From Eutreptiella sp. 'Long Island Sound 2002' (lineage: Eukaryota; Protista; Euglenida): a DNA stretch of 64,000 bases. The notes under the pieces are model-generated. The model was given only the letters and a program-made list of their open reading frames with translations, had not been told where the DNA came from and made no database searches. The position numbers were made by a program, and so were the translations under genes. This document shows, in pieces, positions 24,711 to 37,525 of the stretch. The stretch lies in the NCBI GenBank assembly GCA_964036045.1, contig OZ038379.1, positions 17,174,001-17,238,000 of the forward strand, read 5' to 3'. How positions within the stretch are numbered: position 1 is the first letter of the stretch; the number at the start of each line of letters is the position of its first letter.

Positions 24711-27700
24711 TGGGCAGGGGGCAGTGGGCAGTGAAACTCCTGCAATGCACCGCCCCACTGCCTGGGGGCAGTGGGCAGTGCAACTCCTGCATTACACTGC
24801 CCCACTGCCTTGGGGCAGTGGGCAGTGGACCTCCTTCAATACACCGCCTCACTGCCTGGGGGCAGTGGGCAGTGGACCTCCTGCAATACACTGCCGCACT
24901 GCCTGGGGGCAGTGGGCAGTGGACCTCCTTCAATGCACTGCTCCACTGCCTGGGGGCAGTGGGCAGTGGACCTCCCGCAACACACTGCCTCACTGCCTGG
25001 GGGCAGTGGGCAGTGGACTACCTTCAATGCACTGCCCCACTGCCTGGGGGCAGTGGGCAGTGCAACTCCTGCAATACACGGCCGCATTGCCTGGGGGCAG
25101 TGGGCAGTGCAACTCCTGCAATGCATTGGCTCACTGCCCTCGGGCAGTAGGCAGTGGAACTCCTGCAATGCACTGCCTCACTGCCTGGGGGCAGTGGGTA
25201 GTGCAACTCCTGCAATGCACTACCTCACTGCCCTGGGGCAGCGGGCAGTGGAACTCCTGCAATGCACTGCCTCACTGCCTGGGGGCAGTGGGCAGTGGAC
25301 CTCCTGCAATGCACTGCCTCACTGTCTGGGGCAGTGGGCAGTGGAACTCCTGCAATAACCGGGCGCACCGGCCTGGGGGGGACGGGGAGTCCTGCCCAGG
25401 GGGTGGTCGGAACCTCCTGCAAGGCCCATGGGGAGCCATCATCTTCCAATAACCGGGCGCACCGGCCTGGGGGGGACGGGGAGTCCAGCCCAGGGGGTGT
25501 TCGGAGTCTCCTGCCAGGGCCAATGGGGGGCCATCTTCTGCAGAGAACCGGGCGCACCGGCCCGGGGGGGACGGGGAGTCCTGCCCAGGGGGTGTTCGGA
25601 GTCTCCTGCCAGGCCAATGGGGGGCCATCTTCTGCAGAGAACCGGGCGCACCGGCCCGGGGGGGACGGGGAGTCCTGCCCAGGGGGTGTTCGGAGTCTCC
25701 TGCAAGGCCAGTGGGGGGCCATCTTCTTCAGAGAACCGGGCGCACCGGCCCGGGGGGGACGGGGAGTCCTGCCCAGGGGGTGTTCGGATCCTCCTGCCAG
25801 GGCAATGGGGGGCCATCTTCTTCAGAGAACCGGGCGCACCGGCCTGGGGGGGACGGGGAGTCCTGCTCAGGGGGTGTTCGGAGTCTCCTGCAAGGCCAGT
25901 GGGGGGCCATCTTCTTTAGAGAACCGGGCGCACCGGCCCGGGGGGGACGGGGAGTCCTGCCCAGGGGGTGTTCGGAGTCTCCTGCAAGGGCAATGGGGGG
26001 CCATCTTCTTCAGAGAACCGGGCGCACCGGCCCGGGGGGGACGGGGAGTCCTGCCCAGGGGGTGTTCGGAGTCTCCTGCAAGGCCAGTGGGGGGCCATCT
26101 TCTTCAGTGGGCAGTGGAACTCCTGCAATGCACTGCCCCACTGCTTGGGGGCAGTGGACAGTGCAACTCCTGCAATGCACTGCCTCACTGTCCCAGAGCA
26201 GTGGGCAGTGGAACTCCTGCAATGCACTACCTCACTGCCCTGGGGCAGTGGGCAGTGGAACTCTCTCAATGCACTGCCTCACTGCCTGGGGGCAGCGGAC
26301 AGTGCAACCTCTGCAATGCACTGCCTCACTGCCCTGGGTCAGTGGGCAGTGCAACTCCTGCAATACACTGCCGCACTGCCTGGGGGCAGTGGGCAGTGCA
26401 ACTCCTGCAATGCAATGCCTCACTGCCTGGGGGCAGTGGGCAGTGCAACTCCAAACTCCTGCCACGCACTGCCTCACTGCCTGGGGGCAGTGGGCGGTGC
26501 AACTTCTACAATGCACGGCCTCACTGCCTGGGGGCAGTGGGCAGTGCAACTCTTGCAATGCACTGCCTCAGTGCCCTGGGGGCAGTGGGAAGTGGAAGTC
26601 CTGCAATGCACTGCCTCACTGCCTGGGGGCAGTGGGCAGTGCAACTCCTGCAATGCACTGCCTCACTGCCTGGGGGCAGTGGGCAGCGGAACTCCTGCAA
26701 TGCACCGCCTCAACGCCTGGGGGCAGTGGGCAGTGCAACTCCTGCAATGCACTGCCTCACTGCCCTGGGGGCAGTGGACAGCGGAACTCCTGCAATGCAG
26801 TGCCCCACTGCCTGGGGGCAGTGGGCAGTGCAACCCCTGCAATGCACCGCCTCACTGCCCTGGGGCAGTGGGCAGTGAAACTCCCGCAATGCACTACCTC
26901 ACTGCCTGGGGGCAGCGGGCAGTGGAACTCCTGCAATGCACTGCCCCACTGCCTGGGGGCAGCGGGCAGTGGAACTCCTGCAATGCACCGCCTCACTGCC
27001 TTGGGGGCAGTGGGCAGTGCAACTCCTGCAAAGCACTGCCTCACTGCCTGGGGGCAGTGGGCAGTGCAACTCCTGCAATACACTGCCGCACTGCTTGGGG
27101 GCAGTGGGCAGCGCAACTCCTGCAACGCACTGCCGCACTGGCTTGGGGGCAGTGGGCAGTGGACCTCCGGCAATACACTGCCGCACTGCCTGGGGGCAGT
27201 GAGCAGTGCAGCTCCTGCATTACTCTGCCCCACTGCCTGGGGGCAGTGGACAGTGCAACTCCTGCAACGCACTGCCTCACTGTCTGGGGGCAGTGGGCAG
27301 TGCAACTTCTGCAATACACTGCCGCACTGCCTGGGGGCAGTGGGCAGCGCAACTCCTGCAATGCACTGCCTCACTGCCCCGGGGCAGTGGGCAGCGGAAC
27401 TCCTGCAACGCACTGCCTCACTGCCTGGGAGCAGTGGGCAGTGCAACTCCTGCAATGCACTGCCTCACTGCCTGGGGGCAGTGGGCAGTGCAACTCCTGC
27501 AATGGGTGGTCGGAGTGTAGTGCCGGGCCTGTGGGGATGTACTACTGGGCGCACCGGCCTGGGGGGATGGGGAGTCCAACCCAGGGGGCGGTCGGGGCAT
27601 CCTTCAGGGCCTATGGGGGGCCATCATCTTCCAATACCCGGGCGCACCGGCCTGGGGGGGACGGGGAGTCCAGGCCAGGGGGTGGTCGGAGCCTCCTGCA

Positions 27701-30700
27701 GGGCCCATGGGGAGGCGTCATCTGCTAATAACCGGGCGCACCGGCCTGGGGGGGACGGGGAGCCCAGCCCAGGGGGTGGTCGGAACCTCCTGCAAGGCCC
27801 ATGGGGAGCCATCTTCTTCAGAGAACCGGGCGCACCGGCCTGGGGGGGACGGGGAGTCCTGCCCAGGGGGTGGTCGGAGCCTCCTGCCAGGGCCAATGGG
27901 GGGCCATCTTCTTCAGAGAACCGGGCGCACCGGCCCGGGGGGGACGGGGAGTCCTGCCCAGGGGGTGTTCGGAGTCTCCTGCCAGGCCAATGGGGGGCCA
28001 TCTTCTTCAGAGAACCGGGCGCACCGGCCCGGGGGGGACGGGGAGTCCTGCCCAGGGGGTGTTCGGAGTCTCCTGCCAGGCCAATGGGGGGCCATCTTCT
28101 TCAGAGAACCGGGCGCACCGGCTCGGGGGGGACGGGGAGTCCTGCCCAGGGGGTGTTCGGATCCTCCTGCCAGGGCAATGGGGGGCCATCTTCTTCAGAG
28201 AACCGGGCGCACCGGCCCGGGGGGGACGGGGAGTCCTGCCCAGGGGGTGTTCGGAGTCTCCTGCAAGGCCAATGGGGGGCCATCTTCTTCAGAGAACCGG
28301 GCGCACCGGCCCGGGGGGGACGGGGAGTCCTGCCCAGGGGGTGTTCGGAGTCTCCTGCCAGGCCAATGGGGGGCCATCTTCTTTAGAGAACCGGGCGCAC
28401 CGGCCCGGGGGGGACGGGGAGTCCTGCCCAGGGGGTGTTCGGAGTCTCCTGTAAGGCCAGTGGGGGGCCATCTTCTTCAGTGGGCAGTGGAACTCCTGCA
28501 ATGCACTGCCCCACTGCTTGGGGGCAGTGGACAGTGCAACTCCTGCAATGCGCTGCCCCACTGTCCCAGAGCAGTGGGCAGTGGAACTCCTGCAATGCAC
28601 TACCTCACTGGCCTGGGGCAGTGGGCAGTGCCACTCCTGCAATCCACTGCCTCACTGCCTGGGGGCAGCGGACAGTGCAACCTCCGCAATGCACTGCCTC
28701 ACTGCCTGGGGGCAGTGGGCAGTGCAACTCCTGCAATACACCGCCGCACTGCCTGGGGGCAGTGGGCAGTGCAACTCCTGCAATGCAATGCCTCACTGCC
28801 TGGGGGCAGTGGGCAGTGCAACTCCAAACTCCTGCCACGCACTGCCTCACTGCCTGGGGGCAGCGGGCGGTGCAACTTCTACAATGCACGGCCTCACTGC
28901 CTGGGGGCAGTGGGCAGTGCAACTCCTGCAATGCACTGCCTCAGTGCCCTGGGGGCAGTGGGCAGTGCAACTCCTGCAATGTACTGCCTCACTGCCCTGG
29001 GGGCAGTGGGCAGTGCAACTCCTGCAATGCACTGCCTCACTGCCTGGGGGCAGTGGGCAGTGGAACTCCTGCAATGCACCGCCTCATCGCCTGGGGGCAG
29101 TGGGCAGTGCAACTCCTGCAATGCACTGCCTCACTGCCCTGGGGGCAGTGGACAGCGGAACTCCTGCAATTCACCGCCTCACTGCCCTGGGGCAGTGGAC
29201 AGTGAAACTCCCGCAATGCACTACCTCACTGCCTGGGGGCAGCGGGCAGTGGAACTCCTGCAATGCACTGCCCCACTGCCTGGGGGCAGCGGGCAGCGGA
29301 ACTCCTGCAATGCACCGCCTCACTGCCCTGGGGGCAGTGGGCAGTGCAACTCCTGCAACGCACTGCCTCACTGCCTGGGGGCAGTGGGCAGTGCAACTCC
29401 TGCAATACACTGCCGCACTGCTTGGGGGCAGTGGGCAGCGCAACTCCTGCAACGCACTGCCGCACTGGCTTGGGGGCAGTGGGCAGTGGACCTCCGGCAA
29501 TACACTGCCGCACTGCCTGGGGGCAGTGAGCAGTGCAGCTCCTGCATTACTCTGCCCCACTGCCTGGGGGCAGTGGACAGTGCAACTCCTGCAACGCACT
29601 GCCTCACTGTCTGGGGGCAGTGGGCAGTGGAACTCCTGCAATGCACTGCCTCACTGCCTGGGGGCAGTGGGCAGCGCAACTCCTGCAATGCACTGCCTCA
29701 CTGCCCTGGGGCAGTGGGCAGCGGAACTCCTGCAATACACTGCCGCACTGCCTGGGAGCAGTGGGCAGTGCAACTCCTGCAATGCACTGCCTCACTGCCT
29801 GGGGGCAGTGGGCAGTGCAACTCCTGCAATGAATGGTCGGAGTGTAGTGCCGGGCCTGTGGGGATGTACTACTGGGCGCACCAGCCTGGGGGGATGGGGA
29901 GTCCAACCCAGGGGGCGGTCGGGGCATCCCTCAGGGCCTATGGGGGGCCATCATCTTCGGAGAACCGGCCGCACCTGCCTGGGGGGGACGGGAAGTCCAG
30001 GCCAGGGGGTGGTCGGAGCCTCCTGCAGGGCCCATGGGGAGGCGTCATCTGCTAATAACCGGGCGCACCGGCCTGGAGGGGACGGGGAGCCCAGCCCAGG
30101 GGGTGGTCGGAACCTCCTGCAAGGCCCATGGGGAGCCATCATCTTCCAATAACCGGGCGCACCGGCCTGGGGGGGACGGGGAGTCCAGCCCAGGGGGTGG
30201 TCGGAGCCTCCTCCCAGGCCAATGGGGGGCCATCTTCTTCAGAGAACCGGGCGCACCGGCCTGGGGGGGACGGGGAGTCCTGCCCAGGGGGTGTTCGGAG
30301 TCTCCTGCCAGGCCAATGGGGGGCCATCTTCTGCAGAGAACCGGGCGCACCGGCCCGGGGGGGACGGGGAGTCCTGCCCAGGGGGTGTTCGGATCCTCCT
30401 GCCAGGCCAATGGGGGGCCATCTTCTTCAGAGAACCGGGCGCACCGGCCCGGGGGGGACGGGGAGTCCTGCCCAGGGGGTGTTCGGATCCTCCTGCCAGG
30501 GCAATGGGGGGCCATCTTCTTCAGAGAACCGGGCGCACCGGCCTGGGGGGGACGGGGAGTCCTGCCCAGGGGGTGTTCGGAGTTTCCTGCAAGGCCAGTG
30601 GGGGGCCATCTTCTTCAGAGAACCGGGCGCACCGGCCCGGAGGGGACGGGGAGTCCTGCCCAGGGGGTGTTCGGAGTCTCCTGCCAGGGCCAATGGGGGG

Positions 30701-33700
30701 CCATCTTCTTCAGAGAACCGGGCGCACCGGCCCGGGGGGGACGGGGAGTCCTGCCCAGGGGGTGTTCGGAGTCTCCTGCCAGGCCAATGGGGGGCCATCT
30801 TCTTCAGAGAACCGGGCGCACCGGCCCGGGGGGGACGGGGAGTCCTGCCCAGGGGGTGTTCGGATCCTCCTGCCAGGGCAATGGGGGGCCATCTTCTTCA
30901 GAGAACCGGGCGCACCGGCCTGGGGGGGACGGGGGAGTCCTGCCCAGGGGGTGTTCGGAGTCTCCTGCAAGGCCAGTGGGGGGCCATCTTCTTCAGAGAA
31001 CCGGGCGCACCGGCCCGGGGGGGACGGGGAGTCCTGCCCAGGGGGTGTTCGGAGTCTCCTGCCAGGCCAATGGGGGGCCATCTTCTTTAGAGAACCGGGC
31101 GCACCGGCCCGGGGGGGACGGGGAGTCCTGCCCAGGGGGTGTTCGGAGTCTCCTGTAAGGCCAGTGGGGGGCCATCTTCTTCAGTGGGCAGTGGAACTCC
31201 TGCAATGCACTGCCCCACTGCTTGGGGGCAGTGGACAGTGCAACTCCTGCAATGCGCTGCCCCACTGTCCCAGAGCAGTGGGCAGTGGAACTCCTGCAAT
31301 GCACTACCTCACTGCCCTGGGGCAGTGGGCAGTGCCACTCCTGCAATCCACTGCCTCACTGCCTGGGGGCAGCGGACAGTGCAACCTCCGCAATGCACTG
31401 CCTCACTGCCTGGGGGCAGTGGGCAGTGCAACTCCTGCAATACACCGCCGCACTGCCTGGGGGCAGTGGGCAGTGCAACTCCTGCAATGCAATGCCTCAC
31501 TGCCTGGGGGCAGTGGGCAGTGCAACTCCAAACTCCTGCCACGCACTGCCTCACTGCCTGGGGGCAGCGGGCGGTGCAACTTCTACAATGCACGGCCTCA
31601 CTGCCTGGGGGCAGTGGGCAGTGCAACTCCTGCAATGCACTGCCTCAGTGCCCTGGGGGCAGTGGGCAGTGCAACTCCTGCAATGTACTGCCTCACTGCC
31701 CTGGGGGCAGTGGGCAGTGCAACTCCTGCAATGCACTGCCTCACTGCCTGGGGGCAGTGGGCAGTGGAACTCCTGCAATGCACCGCCTCATCGCCTGGGG
31801 GCAGTGGGCAGTGCAACTCCTGCAATGCACTGCCTCACTGCCCTGGGGGCAGTGGACAGCGGAACTCCTGCAATTCACCGCCTCACTGCCCTGGGGCAGT
31901 GGACAGTGAAACTCCCGCAATGCACTGCCTCACTGCCTGGGGGCAGCGGGCAGTGGAACTCCTGCAATGCACTGCCCCACTGCCTGGGGGCAGCGGGCAG
32001 CGGAACTCCTGCAATGCACCGCCTCATCGCCTGGGGGCAGTGGGCAGTGCAACTCCTGCAATGCACTGCCTCACTGCCCTGGGGGCAGTGGACAGCGGAA
32101 CTCCTGCAATGCACCGCCTCACTGCCCTGGGGCAGTGGGCAGTGCAACTCCTGCAATACACCGCCGCACTGCCTGGGGGCAGTGGGCAGTGCAACTCCTG
32201 CAATGCAATGCCTCACTGCCTGGGGGCAGTGGGCAGTGCAACTCCAAACTCCTGCCACGCACTGCCTCACTGCCTGGGGGCAGCGGGCGGTGCAACTTCT
32301 ACAATGCACGGCCTCACTGCCTGGGGGCAGTGGGCAGTGCAACTCCTGCAATGCACTGCCTCAGTGCCCTGGGGGCAGTGGGCAGTGCAACTCCTGCAAT
32401 GTACTGCCTCACTGCCCTGGGGGCAGTGGGCAGTGCAACTCCTGCAATGCACTGCCTCAGTGCCCTGGGGGCAGTGGGCAGTGCAACTCCTGCAATGTAC
32501 TGCCTCACTGCCCTGGGGGCAGTGGGCAGTGCAACTCCTGCAATGCACTGCCTCACTGCCTGGGGGCAGTGGGCAGTGGAACTCCTGCAATGCACCGCCT
32601 CATCGCCTGGGGGCAGTGGGCAGTGCAACTCCTGCAATGCACTGCCTCACTGCCCTGGGGGCAGTGGACAGCGGAACTCCTGCAATGCACCGCCTCACTG
32701 CCCTGGGGCAGTGGGCAGTGAAACTCCCGCAATGCACTACCTCACTGCCTGGGGGCAGCGGGCAGTGGAACTCCTGCAATGCACTGCCCCACTGCCTGGG
32801 GGCAGCGGGCAGCGGAACTCCTGCAATGCACCGCCTCACTGCCCTGGGGGCAGTGGGCAGTGCAACTCCTGCAACGCACTGCCTCACTGCCTGGGGGCAG
32901 TGGGCAGTGCAACTCCTGCAACACACTGCCGCACTGCTTGGGGGCAGTGGGCAGCGCAACTCCTGCAACGCACTGCCGCACTGGCTTGGGGGCAGTGGGC
33001 AGTGGACCTCCGGCAATACACTGCCGCACTGCCTGGGGGCAGTGAGCAGTGCAGCTCCTGCATTACTCTGCCCCACTGCCTGGGGGCAGTGGACAGTGCA
33101 ACTCCTGCAACGCACTGCCTCACTGTCTGGGGGCAGTGGGCAGTGGAACTCCTGCAATGCACTGCCTCACTGCCTGGGGGCAGTGGGCAGCGCAACTCCT
33201 GCAATGCACTGCCTCACTGCCCTGGGGCAGTGGGCAGCGGAACTCCTGCAACGCACTGCCTCACTGCCTGGGAGCAGTGGGCAGTGCAACTCCTGCAATA
33301 CACTGCCTCACTGCCTGGGGGCAGTGGGCAGTGCAACTCCTGCAATGAATGGTCGGAGTGTAGTGCCGGGCCTGTGGGGATGTACTACTGGGCGCACCAG
33401 CCTGGGGGGATGGGGAGTCCAACCCAGGGGGCGGTCGGGGCATCCCTCAGGGCCTATGGGGGGCCATCATCTTCGGAGAACCGGCCGCACCTGCCTGGGG
33501 GGGACGGGGAGTCCAGGCCAGGGGGTGGTCTGAGCCTCCTGCAGGGCCCATGGGGAGGCGTCATCTGCTAATAACCGGGCGCACCGGCCTGGAGGGGACG
33601 GGGAGCCCAGCCCAGGGGGTGGTCGGAACCTCCTGCAAGGCCCATGGGGAGCCATCATCTTCCAATAACCGGGCGCACCGGCCTGGGGGGGACGGGGAGT

Positions 33701-36318
33701 CCAGCCCAGGGGGTGGTCGGAGCCTCCTCCCAGGCCAATGGGGGGCCATCTTCTTCAGAGAACCGGGCGCACCGGCCTGGGGGGGACGGGGAGTCCTGCC
33801 CAGGGGGTGTTCGGAGTCTCCTGCCAGGCCAATGGGGGGCCATCTTCTGCAGAGAACCGGGCGCACCGGCCCGGGGGGGACGGGGAGTCCTGCCCAGGGG
33901 GTGTTCGGAGTCTCCTGCCAGGCCAAGGGGGGCCATCTTCTTCAGAGAACCGGGCGCACCGGCCCGGGGGGGACGGGGAGTCCTGCCCAGGGGGTGTTCG
34001 GATCCTCCTGCCAGGGCAATGGGGGGCCATCTTCTTCAGAGAACCGGGCGCACCGGCCTGGGGGGGACGGGGAGTCCTGCCCAGGGGGTGTTCGGAGTCT
34101 CCTGCAAGGCCAGTGGGGGGCCATCTTCTTCAGAGAACCGGGCGCACCGGCCTGGGGGGGGACGGGGAGTCCTGCCCAGGGGGTGTTCGGAGTCTCCTGC
34201 CAGGCCAATGGGGGGCCATCTTCTTCAGAGAACCGGGCGCACCGGCCCGGGGGGGACGGGGAGTCCTGCCCAGGGGGTGTTCGGAGTCTCCTGCAAGGCC
34301 AGTGGGGGGCCATCTTCTTCAGTGGGCAGTGGAACTCCTGCAATGCACTGCCCCACTGCTTGGGGGCAGTGGACAGTGCAACTCCTGCAATGCACTGCCT
34401 CACTGTCCCAGAGCAGTGGGCAGTGGAACTCCTGCAATGCACTACCTCACTGCCCTGGGGCAGTGGGCAGTGGAACTCTTGCAATGCACTGCCTCACTGC
34501 CTGGGGGCAGCGGACAGTGCAACCTCTGCAATGCACTGCCTCACTGCCCTGGGTCAGTGGGCAGTGCAACTTCTGCAATGCACCGCCTCACTGCCCTGGG
34601 GGCAGTGGGCAGTGCAACTCCTGCAATGCAATGCCTCACTGCCTGGGGGCAGTGGGCAGTGCAACTCCTGCAATACACTGGCGCACTGCTGGGGGGCAGT
34701 GGGCAGCGCAACTCCTGCAACGCACTGCCGCACTGGCTTGGGGGCAGTGGGCAGTGGACCTCCGGCAATACACTGCCGCACTGCCTGGGGGCAGTGAGCA
34801 GTGCAGCTCCTGCATTACTCTGCCCCACTGCCTGGGGGCAGTGGACAGTGCAACTCCTGCAACGCACTGCCTCACTGTCTGGGGGCAGTGGGCAGCGGAA
34901 CTCCTGCAATGCACTGCCTCACTGCCTGGGGGCAGTGGGCAGTGGAACTCCTGCAATGCATTGCCCCACTGCCCGGGGGTATTGGGCAGTGCAACTTCTG
35001 CAATACACTGCCGCACTGCCTGGGGGCAGTGGGCAGCGCAACTCCTGCAATGCACTGCCTCACTGCCCTGGGGCAGTGGGCAGTGCAACTCCTGCAATGG
35101 GTGGTCGGAGTGTAGTGCCGGGCCTGTGGGGATGTACTACTGGGCGCACCGGCCTGGGGGGATGGGGAGTCCAACCCAGGGGGTGGTCGGGGCATCCTTC
35201 AGGGCCTATGGGGGGCGCACCGGCCTGGGGGGGACGGGGAGTCCAGGCCAGGGGGTGGTCGGAGCCTCCTGCAAGGCCCATGGGGAGCCATCATCTTCCA
35301 ATAACCGGGCGCACCGGCCTGGGGGGGACGGGGAGTCCAGCCCGGGGGGTGGTCGGAGCCTCCTGCCAGGGCCAATGGGGGGCCATCTTCTTCAGAGAAC
35401 CGGGCGCACCGGCCCGGGGGGGGACGGGGAGTCCTGCCCAGGGGGTGTTCGGAGTCTCCTGCCAGGCCAAGGGGGGGCCATCTTCTTCAGAGAACCGGGC
35501 GCACCGGCCCGGGGGGGACGGGGAGTCCTGCCCAGGGGGTGTTCGGAGTCTCCTGCCAGGCCAATGGGGGGCCATCTTCTTCAGAGAACCGGGCGCACCG
35601 GCCCGGGGGGGACGGGGAGTCCTGCCCAGGGGGTGTTCGGAGTCTCCTGCCAGGCCAATGGGGGGCCATCTTCTTCAGAGAACCGGGCGCACCGGCCCGG
35701 GGGGGACGGGGAGTCCTGCCCAGGGGGTGTTCGGAGTCTCCTGCCAGGCCAATGGGGGGCCATCTTCTTCAGAGAACCGGGCGCACCGGCCTGGGGGGGA
35801 CGGGGAGTCCTGCCCAGGGGGTGTTCGGAGTCTCCTGCCAGGCCAATGGGGGGCCATCTTCGTCAGAGAACCGGGCGCACCGGCCCGGGGGGGACGGGGA
35901 GTCCTGCCCAGGGGGTGTTCGGAGTCTCCTGCAAGGCCCATGGGGAGCCATCATCTTCAGAGAACCGGGCGCACCGGCCTGGGGGGGACGGGGAGTCCTG
36001 CCCAGGGGGTGTTCGGAGTCTCCTGCCAGGCCAAAGGGGGGCCATCTTCTTCAGAGAACCGGGCGCACCGGCCTGGGGGGGGACGGGGAGTCCTGCCCAG
36101 GGGGTGTTCGGAGTCTCCTGCCAGGCCAAGGGGGGGCCATCTTCTTCAGAGAACCGGGCGCACCGGCCCGGGGGGGACAGGGAGTCCTGCCCAGGGGGTG
36201 TTCGGAGTCTCGTGCCAGGCCAGTGGGGGGCCATCTTCTTCAGAGAACCGGGCGCACCGGCCTGGGGGGGACGGGGAGCCCAGCCCAGGGGGTGTTCGGA
36301 GTCTCCTGCCAGGCCTGT
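24711..36318. repeat. Composite satellite: five blocks of ~47-bp unit A alternating with five blocks of ~94-bp unit B
   Basis: A = AACTCCTGCAATGCACTGCCTCACTGCCTGGGGGCAGTGGGCAGTGC. B = GAGAACCGGGCGCACCGGCCCGGGGGGGACGGGGAGTCCTGCCCAGGGGGTGTTCGGAGTCTCCTGC...GGGGGGCCATCTTCTTCA. A-to-B switches at 25357, 27504, 29831, 33347, 35099; B-to-A switches at 26108, 28481, 31185, 34323. Confidence 0.97.
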
Positions 36319-36364
36319 GGGTACTCCCTCCTACCTCTTAGCAGCAGCAGGCAAGTAAGCAGGC

Positions 36365-36650
36365 AGTACCGGGGGTCATAACCCCGGGGTAACAGTATCT
36401 GGGACTCAACGTGAGTCCTCTTAACCAGGAACAACCCCAAACACCGCCGGGGCTTAACTCCCGAACGTAACGGTGTTTGGGGCCCCCGTGGGCCTTATGA
36501 GCCCACGGAGTGTACTGAGGCGTGGCTACCAGCTGGACTGTGGCCTGCCATACCCATTTCTGGGCTCGCCTCAGTACGGCCGGCCGAGTCCGGCTCTGGG
36601 GGTTGCACACTAAACTGGCCCCGGGGGGGGGCCATTTACCCTGTTAAGCA
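36365..36650. ncRNA. Putative structured RNA/DNA module (multi-hairpin), identity unknown
   Basis: Perfect stems 36435-46/36471-82 (12 bp), 36486-93/36501-08 (8 bp), 36512-22/36567-77 (11 bp), 36402-08/36412-18 (7 bp), plus nested hairpins. Confidence 0.45.
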
Positions 36651-37525
36651 TTAGTTACGGCAGTAGGCACTATTCATTTCGTTAGGGAATTACTCAGCGC
36701 ATTTGTTTACCCCGCAGACATGCCCCTTCCAGTGGTGCGCTCACCTTTGGGGCTGCCTTTGGGGGATCGGGGGCTGTTACCCCTCCCGGACGCCCTCCCT
36801 GGTGTTGGCGCCGGGGTGGTGGCCGGGGGGCCTTATACCGTACCTAAAGGATGTTGGATACCGATACCGGGGTGTCCAACCGGACGGGGACAGGGACTGC
36901 GTCTCCGGGCACTGCCATCTGGCTTACAATCGACTGACCCATATTCATCGGCTGTTGGTATGGAAGCCTGCTCCACTCCAGTCCTCAACCACTCAGGCCA
37001 CTCCTCATACCCTCGCACATGTTGCAGGGCGGGGGGTCGTTGTTGGGGCCCCCCGCGCATGTCCGCGCCACCGGCCATCCTCTCCTCCCAGGCACCGCGC
37101 CTCTGCTAGGGCGGGGGCCCCTCACATGCACCCTCCAGGGCCCTTTCCACCTGCACACCTGGACGCTTGCCATGAAGACTCCGCATTGGAGCCTCCTCGT
37201 CGGCGCGCCCGGGCCCAGTTGTTCACGCGGCCGGCCGCCGATGCGGGGCCCTGGAGGCGCGCCGCACGGGCGCTGCCAGCCTGTGAGAGGGGCAAGGGCA
37301 GGAGATGGGGGTGGGGGGGGGGGGCAGTGGGCAGGGGAGGCGGCACGGAGTGGCTGCGGGAGGTAGTGCATGGGGGGCACCGAGAGCTGCATGGGGGTGT
37401 GTGGGATGGAGTTGGGGCAGAGGGCCCTGTGGGTGGGGCAAAGGCGCGGGGGGGGCGCATGTCCGGGCTCCTGCGTGGGCTGGTGCGTGGGCGGGCGCGT
37501 AGGGGAAGAGAGGAGGGGGAGGCTT

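Noticed and set aside
24481-36381. Very long ORFs (up to 1103 aa) across the satellite
   Set aside because: Both monomers lack stop codons in all three + frames, and 47 and 94 are not multiples of 3, so the same peptides cycle through frames. They are antisense within an intron and are repeat artefacts.
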